Shown: positions 20,078-29,445, numbered from the stretch's first letter. The stretch: 64,000 nucleotides of DNA from an uncultured Puniceicoccaceae bacterium (GCA_913044165.1 CAJWMY010000003.1:5979-69978); one strand, 5' to 3'. Made by a program: numbers and translations. Notes: a model not told the origin generated them from the sequence alone.

Positions 20078-20629
20078 ATGAAAAAATCACTCTTAACACT
20101 AGCTGCACTTGCACTTGCTCCAGTACTAGCATCTGCTCAGTCAGCGTCAGGTTCATGGGGTACAGCAGTAGGTTTTGGCGGAGGTCTCTTCGACAATGCT
20201 GCTTCTGTAGAACTCTATGATTCTACTCAGTCTGTTGTGTTATCAGCATCAGTTGCAACCTCAGTATTTGGCCCTACAGGTCAAGCTGGAGCAGCTTTTG
20301 GTTCGATATCTACATCAGGGATTGCTTCAGATGTTGCTGCACCATGGATTAAGCTTACTTCCGGTACTGGTACCGTAGGATGGGCGCAATCATCATCATG
20401 GCTTTCATTCGCATCTGCATCAGCTCCGACCCCTACCCCAATAAACAGTTTTACGTTCACTGCCACTGATAGTGACTCTACTGTTTCTGGTTCTAACATT
20501 ATTGTTTCTAATAATGCTGGTATTGGCGGAACAGGTGTTGCAATCTCAATTGTGCCTGAGCCATCAACTTATGCTTTGATAGCTGGATTTGCTGCATTCT
20601 TATTTGTAGCTATCCGCCGTCGTAAATAA
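20078..20629 (+). CDS. PEP-CTERM sorting-domain protein (Ser/Ala/Gly/Thr-rich)
   Basis: 183 aa. Signal peptide MKKSLLTLAALALAPVLASA. C-terminus 'VPEPSTYALIAGFAAFLFVAIRRRK' is PEP motif, TM helix and Arg cluster. Confidence 0.9.
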   Translation: MKKSLLTLAALALAPVLASAQSASGSWGTAVGFGGGLFDNAASVELYDSTQSVVLSASVATSVFGPTGQAGAAFGSISTSGIASDVAAPWIKLTSGTGTVGWAQSSSWLSFASASAPTPTPINSFTFTATDSDSTVSGSNIIVSNNAGIGGTGVAISIVPEPSTYALIAGFAAFLFVAIRRRK

Positions 20630-20661
20630 GTTATAACAATTAAGTTCACTTAATTTTTTTC

Positions 20662-20691
20662 AAAAGCTCCAGTTTTACTGGAGCTTTTTTT
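20662..20691 (+). terminator. rho-independent terminator after the PEP-CTERM gene
   Basis: AGCTCCAG (20665-20672), loop TTTTA, CTGGAGCT (20678-20685), then a T run. Confidence 0.85.
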
Positions 20692-20784
20692 GCTCTATAA
20701 ATTAGCTCTTGCATTAGCAAAATATAATTAAATCATTCTAGGATTAGATTTTAAAAATATCAATTTTAATTACATTACACAATT

Positions 20785-21537
20785 ATGAATTCAATTTATA
20801 AATTACTATTATCTACAATTTTTATCTTTTTAGTAATGAACTACACATATGCCAATGAGAAGTACATAGAAGGTAATAATGAGTTACAAGGAGTTGAGAT
20901 TTCAGATGAAATTGAAATGTTAGAAATGCTTGGCTACATGACGGTATATCGGGACGGCTTAAAAGAACTAGGTTTTGATGCAGATGATGCAAATCACATT
21001 GCTAGAGGTTTAAAAAAAGCCTTAACAGATGATGTAATTGATAGTTCTTTTGAGGCAAAAATGCCAAAATTTCAAGAATTCATAGAAAATCGCATTAATA
21101 TCTCACAGAAAAAAAGAGAAAAAGCACAAGCATCTAGCGCCGTTGTAAACATTGCTGCTGGAGAGGAATTTCTAGATAGTTTAAAAACTGATGAACGTGT
21201 TCAGATTTCCTCTACAGGTTTACGCTATAAGATCATAGAGCCTGGAAAATTAATTCCACCAACTATTAGTGATACGGTTCGAGTACATTATAAAGGAACA
21301 CGTATTGATGGCACTGAATTCGATAGTTCTTACAAGCGAGGAGAGCCAGCGAACTTTCCCCTATCTGGTGTAGTTCCTGGCTTCTCTGAAGGTCTTATGT
21401 ATGTAGGCGAGGGAGGGAAAATTATTTTATATATACCAAGCGAACTAGCATATGGAAATAATCCTAGGCCTGGAGGGGTTATACAGCCAGGAGATACTTT
21501 AATCTTTGAGTGTGAGTTGGTTAAGATCAATCCGTAG
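20785..21537 (+). CDS. FKBP-type peptidyl-prolyl cis-trans isomerase (FkpA/Mip-like, exported)
   Basis: 250 aa. Signal peptide. C-terminal FKBP domain '[38 protein letters not shown]...YIPSELAYG'. Confidence 0.9.
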   Translation: MNSIYKLLLSTIFIFLVMNYTYANEKYIEGNNELQGVEISDEIEMLEMLGYMTVYRDGLKELGFDADDANHIARGLKKALTDDVIDSSFEAKMPKFQEFIENRINISQKKREKAQASSAVVNIAAGEEFLDSLKTDERVQISSTGLRYKIIEPGKLIPPTISDTVRVHYKGTRIDGTEFDSSYKRGEPANFPLSGVVPGFSEGLMYVGEGGKIILYIPSELAYGNNPRPGGVIQPGDTLIFECELVKINP

Positions 21538-21563
21538 GGCTCAATTTATATTAATGGCATTTT

Positions 21564-22901
21564 ATGGATGAATCACCAAAGTTAATAAATATTGGATTAT
21601 TTGGTTTTGGCGTTGTAGGGCAAGGTGTCTGGAAAAATATTGAGAAAAACCGAACTACTTTAGAGGGTCGCTTGGGGGTAAGAATATCTATTAGCCGAAT
21701 AGTTGTCAGAGACTTAACGCAAAAGCGATCAGTTGTGGTTCCAAATGATATTTTAACCACAGATCCTGATTTAATTTTAAATGATCCTGAGATTGATATT
21801 GTATGTGAATTAATTGGCGGAACTGATCTAGCATTAAAGGTCACAGAGTCCGCTTTAAAGAAAGGTAAAATTGTAGTAACAGCCAATAAGGCACTAATAT
21901 GTGAGCATGGAGAATACTTATTTGATCTAGCTAAAAGTAATGGGGCCCAATATTTTTATGAGGCATCAGTTGCGGGAGGAATTCCTATTATAAAAACAAT
22001 TCGTGAAAGCTTGGTTGGAAACCATTTTAGCTTAATATTTGGAATTTTAAATGGTACCTCAAACTATATTTTAACAAGAATGGAGCGTGAAGGCTCGAGC
22101 TTCGATTCGATTCTTGTTGATGCAAGAAAGCTTGGATATGTCGAGGCAGATGAGGCTTTAGATATAGATGGTATTGATGCAGCTCACAAAGTTATTATAT
22201 TAACTTATTTAGCGTATGGGTTTTGGGTTAAACTCAAAGATATAACCTGTGAAGGCATTCGTTTAATTTCACAATATGATATCGAAATGGCTTGCCAACT
22301 AGGATATAGAATTAAGTTACTAGGAATTATTTCTAAGGATTTATCAGATGAATCTCTAACAGTCCGCCTACATCCAGCATTGATTCCTAGTACGGAATTA
22401 ATTGCTGATGTTAATGAGGTATATAATGGTATTAGTGTGACAGGTGATGTAGTTGGGACGACCCTATTTGTTGGGAGAGGTGCTGGGCAAGATGCTACTT
22501 CTAGTTCTGTAATAAGCGATATTTCTGATGCGGTTTCTTTGCTAGGAAATAGCAATTCAACAATTCAGCATGCATCTCCTATCAGTTATTTTGAGAATCA
22601 AAAAGGCTTAAAATTAAGAACCCAAGGCGAGCTTGAATCCCGCTACTATGTCCGCTTTGATGTTAGAGATGAAGAGGGTGTTTTAGCTGAGATTTCAAAT
22701 GTTTTCGCTGGGCATCACATTAGTTTTTCCACAGTTAATCAGAAAGAATTAGAGGATAATTTAGCCTTAATTATGGTTACTACGCATTTAATAAATGAGG
22801 CTTCAATTATTAAAGCGTGTAACGAAGTTGAAGGGTTAAATGTAATAAATAAAAAGCCTTCCTTTATTCGTATTTTCAATCCTTTTGAATTTCTATCTTA
22901 G
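21564..22901 (+). CDS. hom: homoserine dehydrogenase
   Basis: 445 aa. NAD-binding 'IGLFGFGVVGQGV'. 'YEASVAGGIPII', 'GILNGTSNYILT' and a C-terminal ACT domain. Confidence 0.93.
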   Translation: MDESPKLINIGLFGFGVVGQGVWKNIEKNRTTLEGRLGVRISISRIVVRDLTQKRSVVVPNDILTTDPDLILNDPEIDIVCELIGGTDLALKVTESALKKGKIVVTANKALICEHGEYLFDLAKSNGAQYFYEASVAGGIPIIKTIRESLVGNHFSLIFGILNGTSNYILTRMEREGSSFDSILVDARKLGYVEADEALDIDGIDAAHKVIILTYLAYGFWVKLKDITCEGIRLISQYDIEMACQLGYRIKLLGIISKDLSDESLTVRLHPALIPSTELIADVNEVYNGISVTGDVVGTTLFVGRGAGQDATSSSVISDISDAVSLLGNSNSTIQHASPISYFENQKGLKLRTQGELESRYYVRFDVRDEEGVLAEISNVFAGHHISFSTVNQKELEDNLALIMVTTHLINEASIIKACNEVEGLNVINKKPSFIRIFNPFEFLS

Positions 22902-22931
22902 TTAAATATCAATTTTAACACTAATAATTTT

Positions 22932-24113
22932 TTAATTTAGATGGTAGGGGCATTTACTTTTCTTAAAACCATTTTTAGTTGTTTCGCCTGAGTGGATGGA
23001 TTTATGTAAATCGTTTTGGTAAAAGAAATTTGTATGCTTAACAACATTCGGATCAAATTCTTGATAAAATGTAGGGGTTTGTGATGCACTTATCGGCGGA
23101 ACGAGCCAACTCCAGTCGCCCGTAATAGGACATTTAGCCTTACCCTCGTTCTCGCAAAATTTTTCGAATTGCCGAGTTATATTATGATGGTCTCCAATTC
23201 GAACTTTGTCTCGGTCAAAACTATATAAAACAGCTCTATTTAATTCTACTATTGCTCGATCTCTCCAAAGTGTACGATTATTTTTGTTATCTAATCTGAA
23301 TACTTCTGCAATTTTGGGTAAACAATTGTATCTCTCTTCATCAGCTAGGTTTCTAGCTCCAATTTCTGTTCCCATATACCAGCCATTAAATGGAGCGCAG
23401 GGATAGACTATACCTCCAATCACTAGTGCCATATCAGAAAGGATGGGCATGCTGTACCATTTTAAACCAAGTTGGTTGAAATTTTTATTATCAGGATGCT
23501 CAAGTTTAATTTCATTGAGTAAATGCGCTTTAGATTCAAAGATTGCATAAGGTTCTATTTTTTTACCATTAATTTCAATCCACCAAGGCATAGGAGTAAA
23601 AGCTGTTTTGGATCTAGGGATCCAACCATTAGAAAGTAATGATTCGGTTAATGATTTACTGTGAGGGTCACCAAGGATTGTTTTATCTGAATTTTCAAAT
23701 CCTGCATATCTAATGAGTTGGTGATTTAGGATGCGTACAACATCTGCAGTTTCTGCTGAGGCATTCCTAGGAGCAAATATAGTGATAGTGCTTTTGATTG
23801 ATCCATGGTTGAAAGCATGTTCAATGTGATGCTCTAGGGCCTTAAAAACTGATGGCGCATCATTTAATTTTCTACAATCAAAAACATCTAGCTGTTTCCA
23901 AAAATGCCGACCTACGCAGCGATTGCTGTTACGCCAAGCAAGTTTAGCGCCAAAAGCAAGTTCCTCTTTAGTGTGACAATAAGTTCCAGTTGTTTTAATA
24001 GAATATTTTATTTCATCAAGCCGTTTAATAAATTCTCTCTCATTTAGCTGGGTTCTTTCGAACTGTTGCATTGACGAAATAAAGGCTTCCGCTTGTATGT
24101 AAAGATCTTGCAT
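22932..24113 (-). CDS. nos: nitric-oxide synthase, oxygenase domain only (bacterial NOS)
   Basis: 393 aa. 'AWRNSNRCVGRHFW' is the heme-thiolate Cys loop. 'FNGWYMGTEIGARNLADEERYN' is the substrate-binding Glu loop. 'WSWLVPPISASQTPTFYQEF' is also present. There is no reductase domain. Confidence 0.88.
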   Translation of the reverse strand: MQDLYIQAEAFISSMQQFERTQLNEREFIKRLDEIKYSIKTTGTYCHTKEELAFGAKLAWRNSNRCVGRHFWKQLDVFDCRKLNDAPSVFKALEHHIEHAFNHGSIKSTITIFAPRNASAETADVVRILNHQLIRYAGFENSDKTILGDPHSKSLTESLLSNGWIPRSKTAFTPMPWWIEINGKKIEPYAIFESKAHLLNEIKLEHPDNKNFNQLGLKWYSMPILSDMALVIGGIVYPCAPFNGWYMGTEIGARNLADEERYNCLPKIAEVFRLDNKNNRTLWRDRAIVELNRAVLYSFDRDKVRIGDHHNITRQFEKFCENEGKAKCPITGDWSWLVPPISASQTPTFYQEFDPNVVKHTNFFYQNDLHKSIHSGETTKNGFKKSKCPYHLN

Positions 24114-24234
24114 ATACTTTATAATCTACAAATGCTTTCAATAATTACAAACGCATTGATTTTCTTTTATTTTTATTAAAGGCTCTGACTCTAAAGACTA
24201 TTTTAAATTTTACTAGATTTTATTTTACATATCC

Positions 24235-25449
24235 ATGTCAATAATTGTTCAAAAATACGGTGGAACTTCTGTAGGTGATGTAAACAGAATAAAAAATGTA
24301 GCGCAGCGTGTTAAGGAAACTTATAATTCGGGTCACTCTGTTATTGTAGTTGTTTCTGCTCGTTCAGGTGTTACCAATGATTTAATTGCCCGTGCCCAAG
24401 CATTGAATACCCATCCAAATGAAAGAGAAATGGATATGCTATTAACAGCAGGGGAACAAGAAACAATAGCACTTATGGCTATGGCATTGCACCAATTAGG
24501 ATTACCAGCTGTTTCTCGTACTGGGAAAGAAGCTGGTATTTTGACAGATCCTAATCATACTAGGGCAAGAATCATAGAAATTTCTGGAGGAGATCTGAAA
24601 GAGCAATTAGACAAAGGAAAAATTGTTATTTTAGCAGGCTTTCAAGGACATTCTAATTTGGGGGAAATAACCACTTTGGGACGTGGCGGATCGGATCTAA
24701 GTGCTATAGCTATTGCTGCTGCTTTAGATGCTGAATTATGCCAAATCTTTACAGACGTGGATGGGGTATATACAGCAGATCCTCGAGTTGTTTCTAAGGC
24801 AAAGAAATTAAAATATATTTCATATGAGGAGATGTTAGAGTTGGCAAGTTCAGGATCAAAAGTTATGCAAAATAGGGCAGTTGAATTTGCGCAAAAATTT
24901 AAAGTTAATTTTGAAGTCCGTTCGAGTTTTAATCATAACAAAGGTACTATCGTGAAAGAAGAAGTTAAATCTATGGAAGACGTCGTTGTAAGCGGGGTCG
25001 CTCTTGATAATAAACAAGCTAAAGTTGTTGTCAGTGATATCCCTGACCGACCAGGTGCTGCTGCCCAATTGTTTCAGTCATTAGCAAAAGCTGATGTTTG
25101 TGTAGATATGATTGTGCAAAATATTGGTAGGGAAGGTAAAGCAAACATGACCTTTACTGTGCCTAGAGATGATATTGAACGAGCTGAAAGTGCTGTTCAA
25201 TCAGCTTTCCCTCAAGATGCAACCAATACAATATTTGAATCAAGTGAAATTGCTATCGTCTCAATTGTTGGTGTAGGTATGCGATCCCATTCTGGGGTGG
25301 CAGCTACCCTATTTGATACTTTAGCCAGAAATACTATTAATATTCAATTGGTTAGTACTTCAGAAATAAAGATTTCCGTTGCTATTAATTCTGAATCAGC
25401 AGATTCCGCCACGCAATTAATCCATACTGCTTTTGGACTAGATGCTTAG
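24235..25449 (+). CDS. lysC: aspartate kinase
   Basis: 404 aa. 'VQKYGGTSVG', 'TLGRGGSDLSA' and two C-terminal ACT domains. Confidence 0.95.
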   Translation: MSIIVQKYGGTSVGDVNRIKNVAQRVKETYNSGHSVIVVVSARSGVTNDLIARAQALNTHPNEREMDMLLTAGEQETIALMAMALHQLGLPAVSRTGKEAGILTDPNHTRARIIEISGGDLKEQLDKGKIVILAGFQGHSNLGEITTLGRGGSDLSAIAIAAALDAELCQIFTDVDGVYTADPRVVSKAKKLKYISYEEMLELASSGSKVMQNRAVEFAQKFKVNFEVRSSFNHNKGTIVKEEVKSMEDVVVSGVALDNKQAKVVVSDIPDRPGAAAQLFQSLAKADVCVDMIVQNIGREGKANMTFTVPRDDIERAESAVQSAFPQDATNTIFESSEIAIVSIVGVGMRSHSGVAATLFDTLARNTINIQLVSTSEIKISVAINSESADSATQLIHTAFGLDA

Positions 25450-25462
25450 TATTTGAATCAAA

Positions 25463-26821
25463 ATGGAATATATTAGTACCCGAAAACAAGTTCCTTCAGT
25501 TACTTTTAGTAAAGCTGTTGAGCATGGATTGGCACCAGATGGGGGCTTATATATTCCTCAAGTACTACCTGACTTAAAACCTTTCCTTAATCAATGGAGC
25601 ACATTATCCTATACAGAACTTTGTAAAGCTTTCTTTACGCAGTTTGCTACAGATATACCAAAGGATGAATTGTATGATATTATTGATCGTTCTTATGTAA
25701 ATTTTGATAATCCTGAAATAGCCCCTATTCGTAAATTAAAGGACGACTTGCTGGTATTTGAGTTATTCCATGGTCCTACTTTAGCTTTTAAGGACTTTGC
25801 ATTACAATTTTTAGGAAACTTATATGAGTATCAAATAAAAGTATCCAATAAATCTATTGCAGTATTAGGCGCAACATCAGGTGATACGGGTGCAGCAGCA
25901 ATTCATGGTTTACAAGGCAAATTAGGAGTTAAATCCTTCATATTGTACCCTCATGGAAGGATTGCCCCTTTGCAGGAGCTACAAATGACATGCACTGGGG
26001 CCAATAATGTTTTCCCTCTATCTATAGAGGGAAGTTTTGACGATGCTCAAACCGCAATGAAGCATGTTTTTGAGGATCGTTCTTTTGCAGAAGAAGTTGG
26101 TTTGTCTGCTGTTAATTCTATCAATCTAGCTCGAATTTTAGCCCAATGTGTTTATTATTTATATGCATTTTTTAGACTGCCATCATTGCAGCAGCAATCA
26201 TTTAACTTTATTGTTCCAACAGGTAATTTTGGAAATGTTTTAGCGGGTTGGCTTGTCCAAAAAATGGGAGTTCCGATTCGGGGTTTTAAAATTGCAACTA
26301 ATCAGAATGATATCTTACACCGCCTATTTCAAACAGGTATATATTCTCAAGAAAAGGTTTCGCCAAGTGTTGCCCCGTCAATGGATATTCAAGTAGCTTC
26401 GAATTTTGAGCGATTTTTATATTATTCCGTGGGAGGTGATGGTGAACAGGTAAAATCTATTATAGAAACATTTAAGCAAACAGGCTCCTATGTTTTTCAA
26501 GATTTTGATAAGAGTTCTTTTTCAAGTAGTAGAACTACAGATAAGGAGATTTCCAAAATTATTTCATCAGTTTATAAAGCCTATAGCTATGTGGTTGATC
26601 CGCATACATCTTGCGGGTTTAAAGATTTATCCAATGAGCCTTCAATTATTTTTTCAACTGCACATCCTGCCAAATTTCCAGACACTATAGAAAAAGCTAT
26701 TGGAATAGAGGTGCAGCATCCCTCATTGGAGGCATTTAAAGGTAAGCCGATTGTTAATTATTCAGTAGAGCCAAATCCAGAAGCTATAAAGGCTTTCATG
26801 CGAAATCATATAAATTTCTAA
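25463..26821 (+). CDS. thrC: threonine synthase (long form)
   Basis: 452 aa. PLP-lysine motif 'FHGPTLAFKDFALQFLG' and 'ATSGDTGAAA'. Confidence 0.93.
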   Translation: MEYISTRKQVPSVTFSKAVEHGLAPDGGLYIPQVLPDLKPFLNQWSTLSYTELCKAFFTQFATDIPKDELYDIIDRSYVNFDNPEIAPIRKLKDDLLVFELFHGPTLAFKDFALQFLGNLYEYQIKVSNKSIAVLGATSGDTGAAAIHGLQGKLGVKSFILYPHGRIAPLQELQMTCTGANNVFPLSIEGSFDDAQTAMKHVFEDRSFAEEVGLSAVNSINLARILAQCVYYLYAFFRLPSLQQQSFNFIVPTGNFGNVLAGWLVQKMGVPIRGFKIATNQNDILHRLFQTGIYSQEKVSPSVAPSMDIQVASNFERFLYYSVGGDGEQVKSIIETFKQTGSYVFQDFDKSSFSSSRTTDKEISKIISSVYKAYSYVVDPHTSCGFKDLSNEPSIIFSTAHPAKFPDTIEKAIGIEVQHPSLEAFKGKPIVNYSVEPNPEAIKAFMRNHINF

Positions 26822-26824
26822 AAT

Positions 26825-27220
26825 TTAATAACCCATTTTTTTTAATTTTTCTAGTGAACGCCGCCTTTTTTTCGTTGGGCGTCCTTTAATAAGATGGTTT
26901 TTAGAGGGCATGGTATTTTTTTTATTTTGAATAATTTTTGTATATTGAGAAATCAATGTTTTATTCTCAATATGTTCAGAAATCTTTGCTGAACTCACTC
27001 TCTTTGTAATTATCTTTTTTACGATATATTCAAAAATTATACCTTTTTTGCGTACAATTATATTATCTTCTAATCGAACTTTAGAACTAGGCTTTATAGA
27101 TTTTTTATTAAGCTTTATAGATGAAGATTTGCAGGCATCTTTGGCCTCTGATCGAGTTTTATATATCCTAACAGCCCACAGCCATTGATCAATACGAACA
27201 TGATCTAATTCATCCTTCAT
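26825..27220 (-). CDS. S4-domain RNA-binding protein (Hsp15/HslR-like)
   Basis: 131 aa. 'VRIDQWLWAVRIYKTRSEAKDACK...IKLNKKSIKPSSKV' and a basic C-terminal tail. Overlaps the upstream gene by 11 nt. Confidence 0.75.
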   Translation of the reverse strand: MKDELDHVRIDQWLWAVRIYKTRSEAKDACKSSSIKLNKKSIKPSSKVRLEDNIIVRKKGIIFEYIVKKIITKRVSSAKISEHIENKTLISQYTKIIQNKKNTMPSKNHLIKGRPTKKRRRSLEKLKKMGY

Positions 27221-28382
27221 GACCGATTACATTTTCTTTAAGAAGTCCTTTGTGCATTCTTTCAAGAGCTTCCATAAGTCTTGAATGCGGGCATCCAAAA
27301 TTTAATCGAACATAATTTTGATCTCCAAAATCAATTCCATCTGATAGGCCAACTCCATATTTTTCAAAAAATTGGGTAGGGCTATTTAGATTTAGTCTAT
27401 CTACTTTAAGCCATGCAAGATATGTAGCTTCCATGGGAATAAATTCAATTTCAGGAATTTTTTTACATAAGAAATTGTTTAAATAAAGATAATTTTTTTC
27501 TAAGTACTTAAGTAGTTCTATCCTCCAGGAATTGCCATATCTATATGCTGCTTCACATCCAACATAACCAAAGCAGTTTATTTCAGTAATAATTCCTCTT
27601 ATTGTTTTTTCAAATTGGAGCTTCAGCTTTGGATTTTCGATAATACTATATGCACAAGCAAGTCCAGGTAGATTGTAAGTCTTGCTTGGGGACATAAGTG
27701 TAATGGTTCTTTCAGCAATACCTTCTTCGGTACCAGCTACTAGTGTGTGTTTTGAAGAAGTATCAAAAATTAAATCACAATGAATTTCATCGGAAATTAG
27801 AATTAAATTATAGCGCTGGCAAAAATCTGAGATTTTTTCAATTTCTAGCTTAGTATAGGCTCTGCCTACAGGGTTATGAGGATTGCAGAGTATAAAGATT
27901 TTTGTATTAGGTTTGATGGCTTTCTCCATGCCTTTGATATTAAAGGTCCACTTATTTTCACTATCCAATATGAGTGGGACTGTAATTAGCTCTCTTCCCG
28001 AAAAACGTGGAGCTGTTATGAACGGCGGGTAAACGGGAGTAACTGTCATAACTGATTCTTCTTCTGTTGAGAATGCATTACAACAAAGATTGATTGCAGG
28101 TACTAAGCCTGGTAAAAAAGTCAGTGATTCTTTTTTAACAGCATAATTATGTGAATATTTTAAGTAATTAAGAACTGCTTCAATTACTGAATCATATGGT
28201 ATTGTGTAGCCAAAAACTTTGTGACTTAATCTGTTCTTTAAGGCTTCGGTGATTTCAGGTGCGGTTTCAAAATCCATATCAGCAACCCACATTGGAAGAA
28301 TATTTTTAGAGTATCGTTCCCATTTTAATGATCCAGTGCCTGAACGATTGGGGATCTTGTCAAAATCGTAATGATTAATCAT
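27210..28382 (-). CDS. PLP-dependent class I/II aminotransferase-fold C-S lyase (MalY/PatB-like cystathionine beta-lyase)
   Basis: 390 aa. 'KWERY', 'MWVADMDF', 'LCNPHNPVGRAYT', 'ISDEIHCDL' and PLP-Lys 'SPSKTYNLPGL'. Confidence 0.85.
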   Translation of the reverse strand: MINHYDFDKIPNRSGTGSLKWERYSKNILPMWVADMDFETAPEITEALKNRLSHKVFGYTIPYDSVIEAVLNYLKYSHNYAVKKESLTFLPGLVPAINLCCNAFSTEEESVMTVTPVYPPFITAPRFSGRELITVPLILDSENKWTFNIKGMEKAIKPNTKIFILCNPHNPVGRAYTKLEIEKISDFCQRYNLILISDEIHCDLIFDTSSKHTLVAGTEEGIAERTITLMSPSKTYNLPGLACAYSIIENPKLKLQFEKTIRGIITEINCFGYVGCEAAYRYGNSWRIELLKYLEKNYLYLNNFLCKKIPEIEFIPMEATYLAWLKVDRLNLNSPTQFFEKYGVGLSDGIDFGDQNYVRLNFGCPHSRLMEALERMHKGLLKENVIGHEG

Positions 28383-28612
28383 TTTTTAAATTTGAAGCAT
28401 TAAATAAGATGATTTTATTTTATAGCCTATGTTTTAGAGAATAATAGTTTTCCTTTACTTAATTTATAACTAGACCAATTTTCTTGCTGTGCAATACAAA
28501 CACTTTCTTTATTTAAGCTATTATTTCAAGTCTTGTATCTCATTATAAATGAGAGTCTAGATTCAAAGAATTAAAATGAAAGTCTTAATTTTTGTCTTTT
28601 TAATAAGTGAAA

Positions 28613-28762
28613 TTAATTGTACTTTTTTGATATTAGATAGCACAATTCGGAGCAATACAATACTCCATCTTTTTCATAAAGCGACTTAGATGTTACGACA
28701 GTTAAGTCTTTTTGGCAAACTGGGCAACGAATTATCGCTTTGTCTTCAACAACATTACTCAT
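28613..28762 (-). CDS. small (49 aa) TRASH/zinc-ribbon-like protein; unannotated short ORF
   Basis: Own translation: MSNVVEDKAIIRCPVCQKDLTVVTSKSLYEKDGVLYCSELCYLISKKYN*. Cys spacing is C-x2-C-x20-C-x3-C. It is below the ORF-track length cut-off. Confidence 0.45.
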   Translation of the reverse strand: MSNVVEDKAIIRCPVCQKDLTVVTSKSLYEKDGVLYCSELCYLISKKYN

Positions 28763-28869
28763 TCTTCACAATAAATTTGTTAATTAGCTAATTGCAATAA
28801 TTTTTTTCATACGTAAATGTAAGGTTTAATTTAAGCCAATTCCGGTAATTATATTGATAATTTTATGAG

Positions 28870-28875
28870 TATAAT
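28870..28875 (+). promoter_or_regulatory. candidate -10 box (TATAAT) upstream of nuoJ
   Basis: Perfect TATAAT 17 nt upstream of the nuoJ ATG (28893). No convincing -35 element. Confidence 0.25.
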
Positions 28876-28892
28876 ATGCATTCTAAATTCCT

Positions 28893-29423
28893 ATGATTGA
28901 TATTTTATTTTCTATATTTGCTTCTTTAGTTCTTTTAAGTGCTCTAGCAGTAGTTTTAAATAGAAATGCCGTAAATAGCGCTATGTTTATGATTGTTTCT
29001 TTGGTAGCAACTGCTGGTTTATTTATTCTACTAGAGGCGTACTTTTTAGCCATTTTGCAGATTCTCGTTTATGCAGGAGCAGTGATGGTGCTTTTCTTAT
29101 TTATTATTATGCTTCTAGATGTAGACAAAGGGGAAAATTTTAATTTCAAAACCCGAAAATTGAGTTTGTGTGCCACTATTTTAGGGGTGCTTTTATTATT
29201 AGCTTTAATCCTTAATAGTTTTTCTTCAAATAATCTACCAAGTGTAGAATTGTTTTTGATTGAAGACTCATCATTTATTGATCCCGGGGCCTTTGATAAT
29301 AAAGCTAAAGCTTTCGGACAATTATTATTTACGAAATATATGCTTCCTTTTCAGGTAATTGGATTTCTTCTTTTGGTTGCGATGATAGGCGTAATCGTGA
29401 TTAGTAAAAAACCCAAATTTTGA
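28893..29423 (+). CDS. nuoJ: NADH-quinone oxidoreductase subunit J
   Basis: 176 aa. 'NAVNSAMFMIVSL...LAILQILVYAGAVMVLFLFIIML' is typical NuoJ. Gene order is J-K-L-M-N. Confidence 0.9.
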   Translation: MIDILFSIFASLVLLSALAVVLNRNAVNSAMFMIVSLVATAGLFILLEAYFLAILQILVYAGAVMVLFLFIIMLLDVDKGENFNFKTRKLSLCATILGVLLLLALILNSFSSNNLPSVELFLIEDSSFIDPGAFDNKAKAFGQLLFTKYMLPFQVIGFLLLVAMIGVIVISKKPKF

Positions 29424-29445
29424 TTAGAACAAGAATTACTATATT

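Noticed and set aside
24114-24234. Possible lysine (L-box) riboswitch or leader upstream of lysC.
   Set aside because: The gap is only 121 nt, extremely AT-rich, and shows no extended helices. It also has to hold the divergent nos promoter.
28576-28683. 35-aa plus-strand ORF (MKVLIFVFLISEINCTFLILDSTIRSNTILHLFHK*) in the nuoJ upstream gap.
   Set aside because: It overlaps the better-supported minus-strand TRASH-like ORF, and its sequence is low-complexity hydrophobic with no motif.
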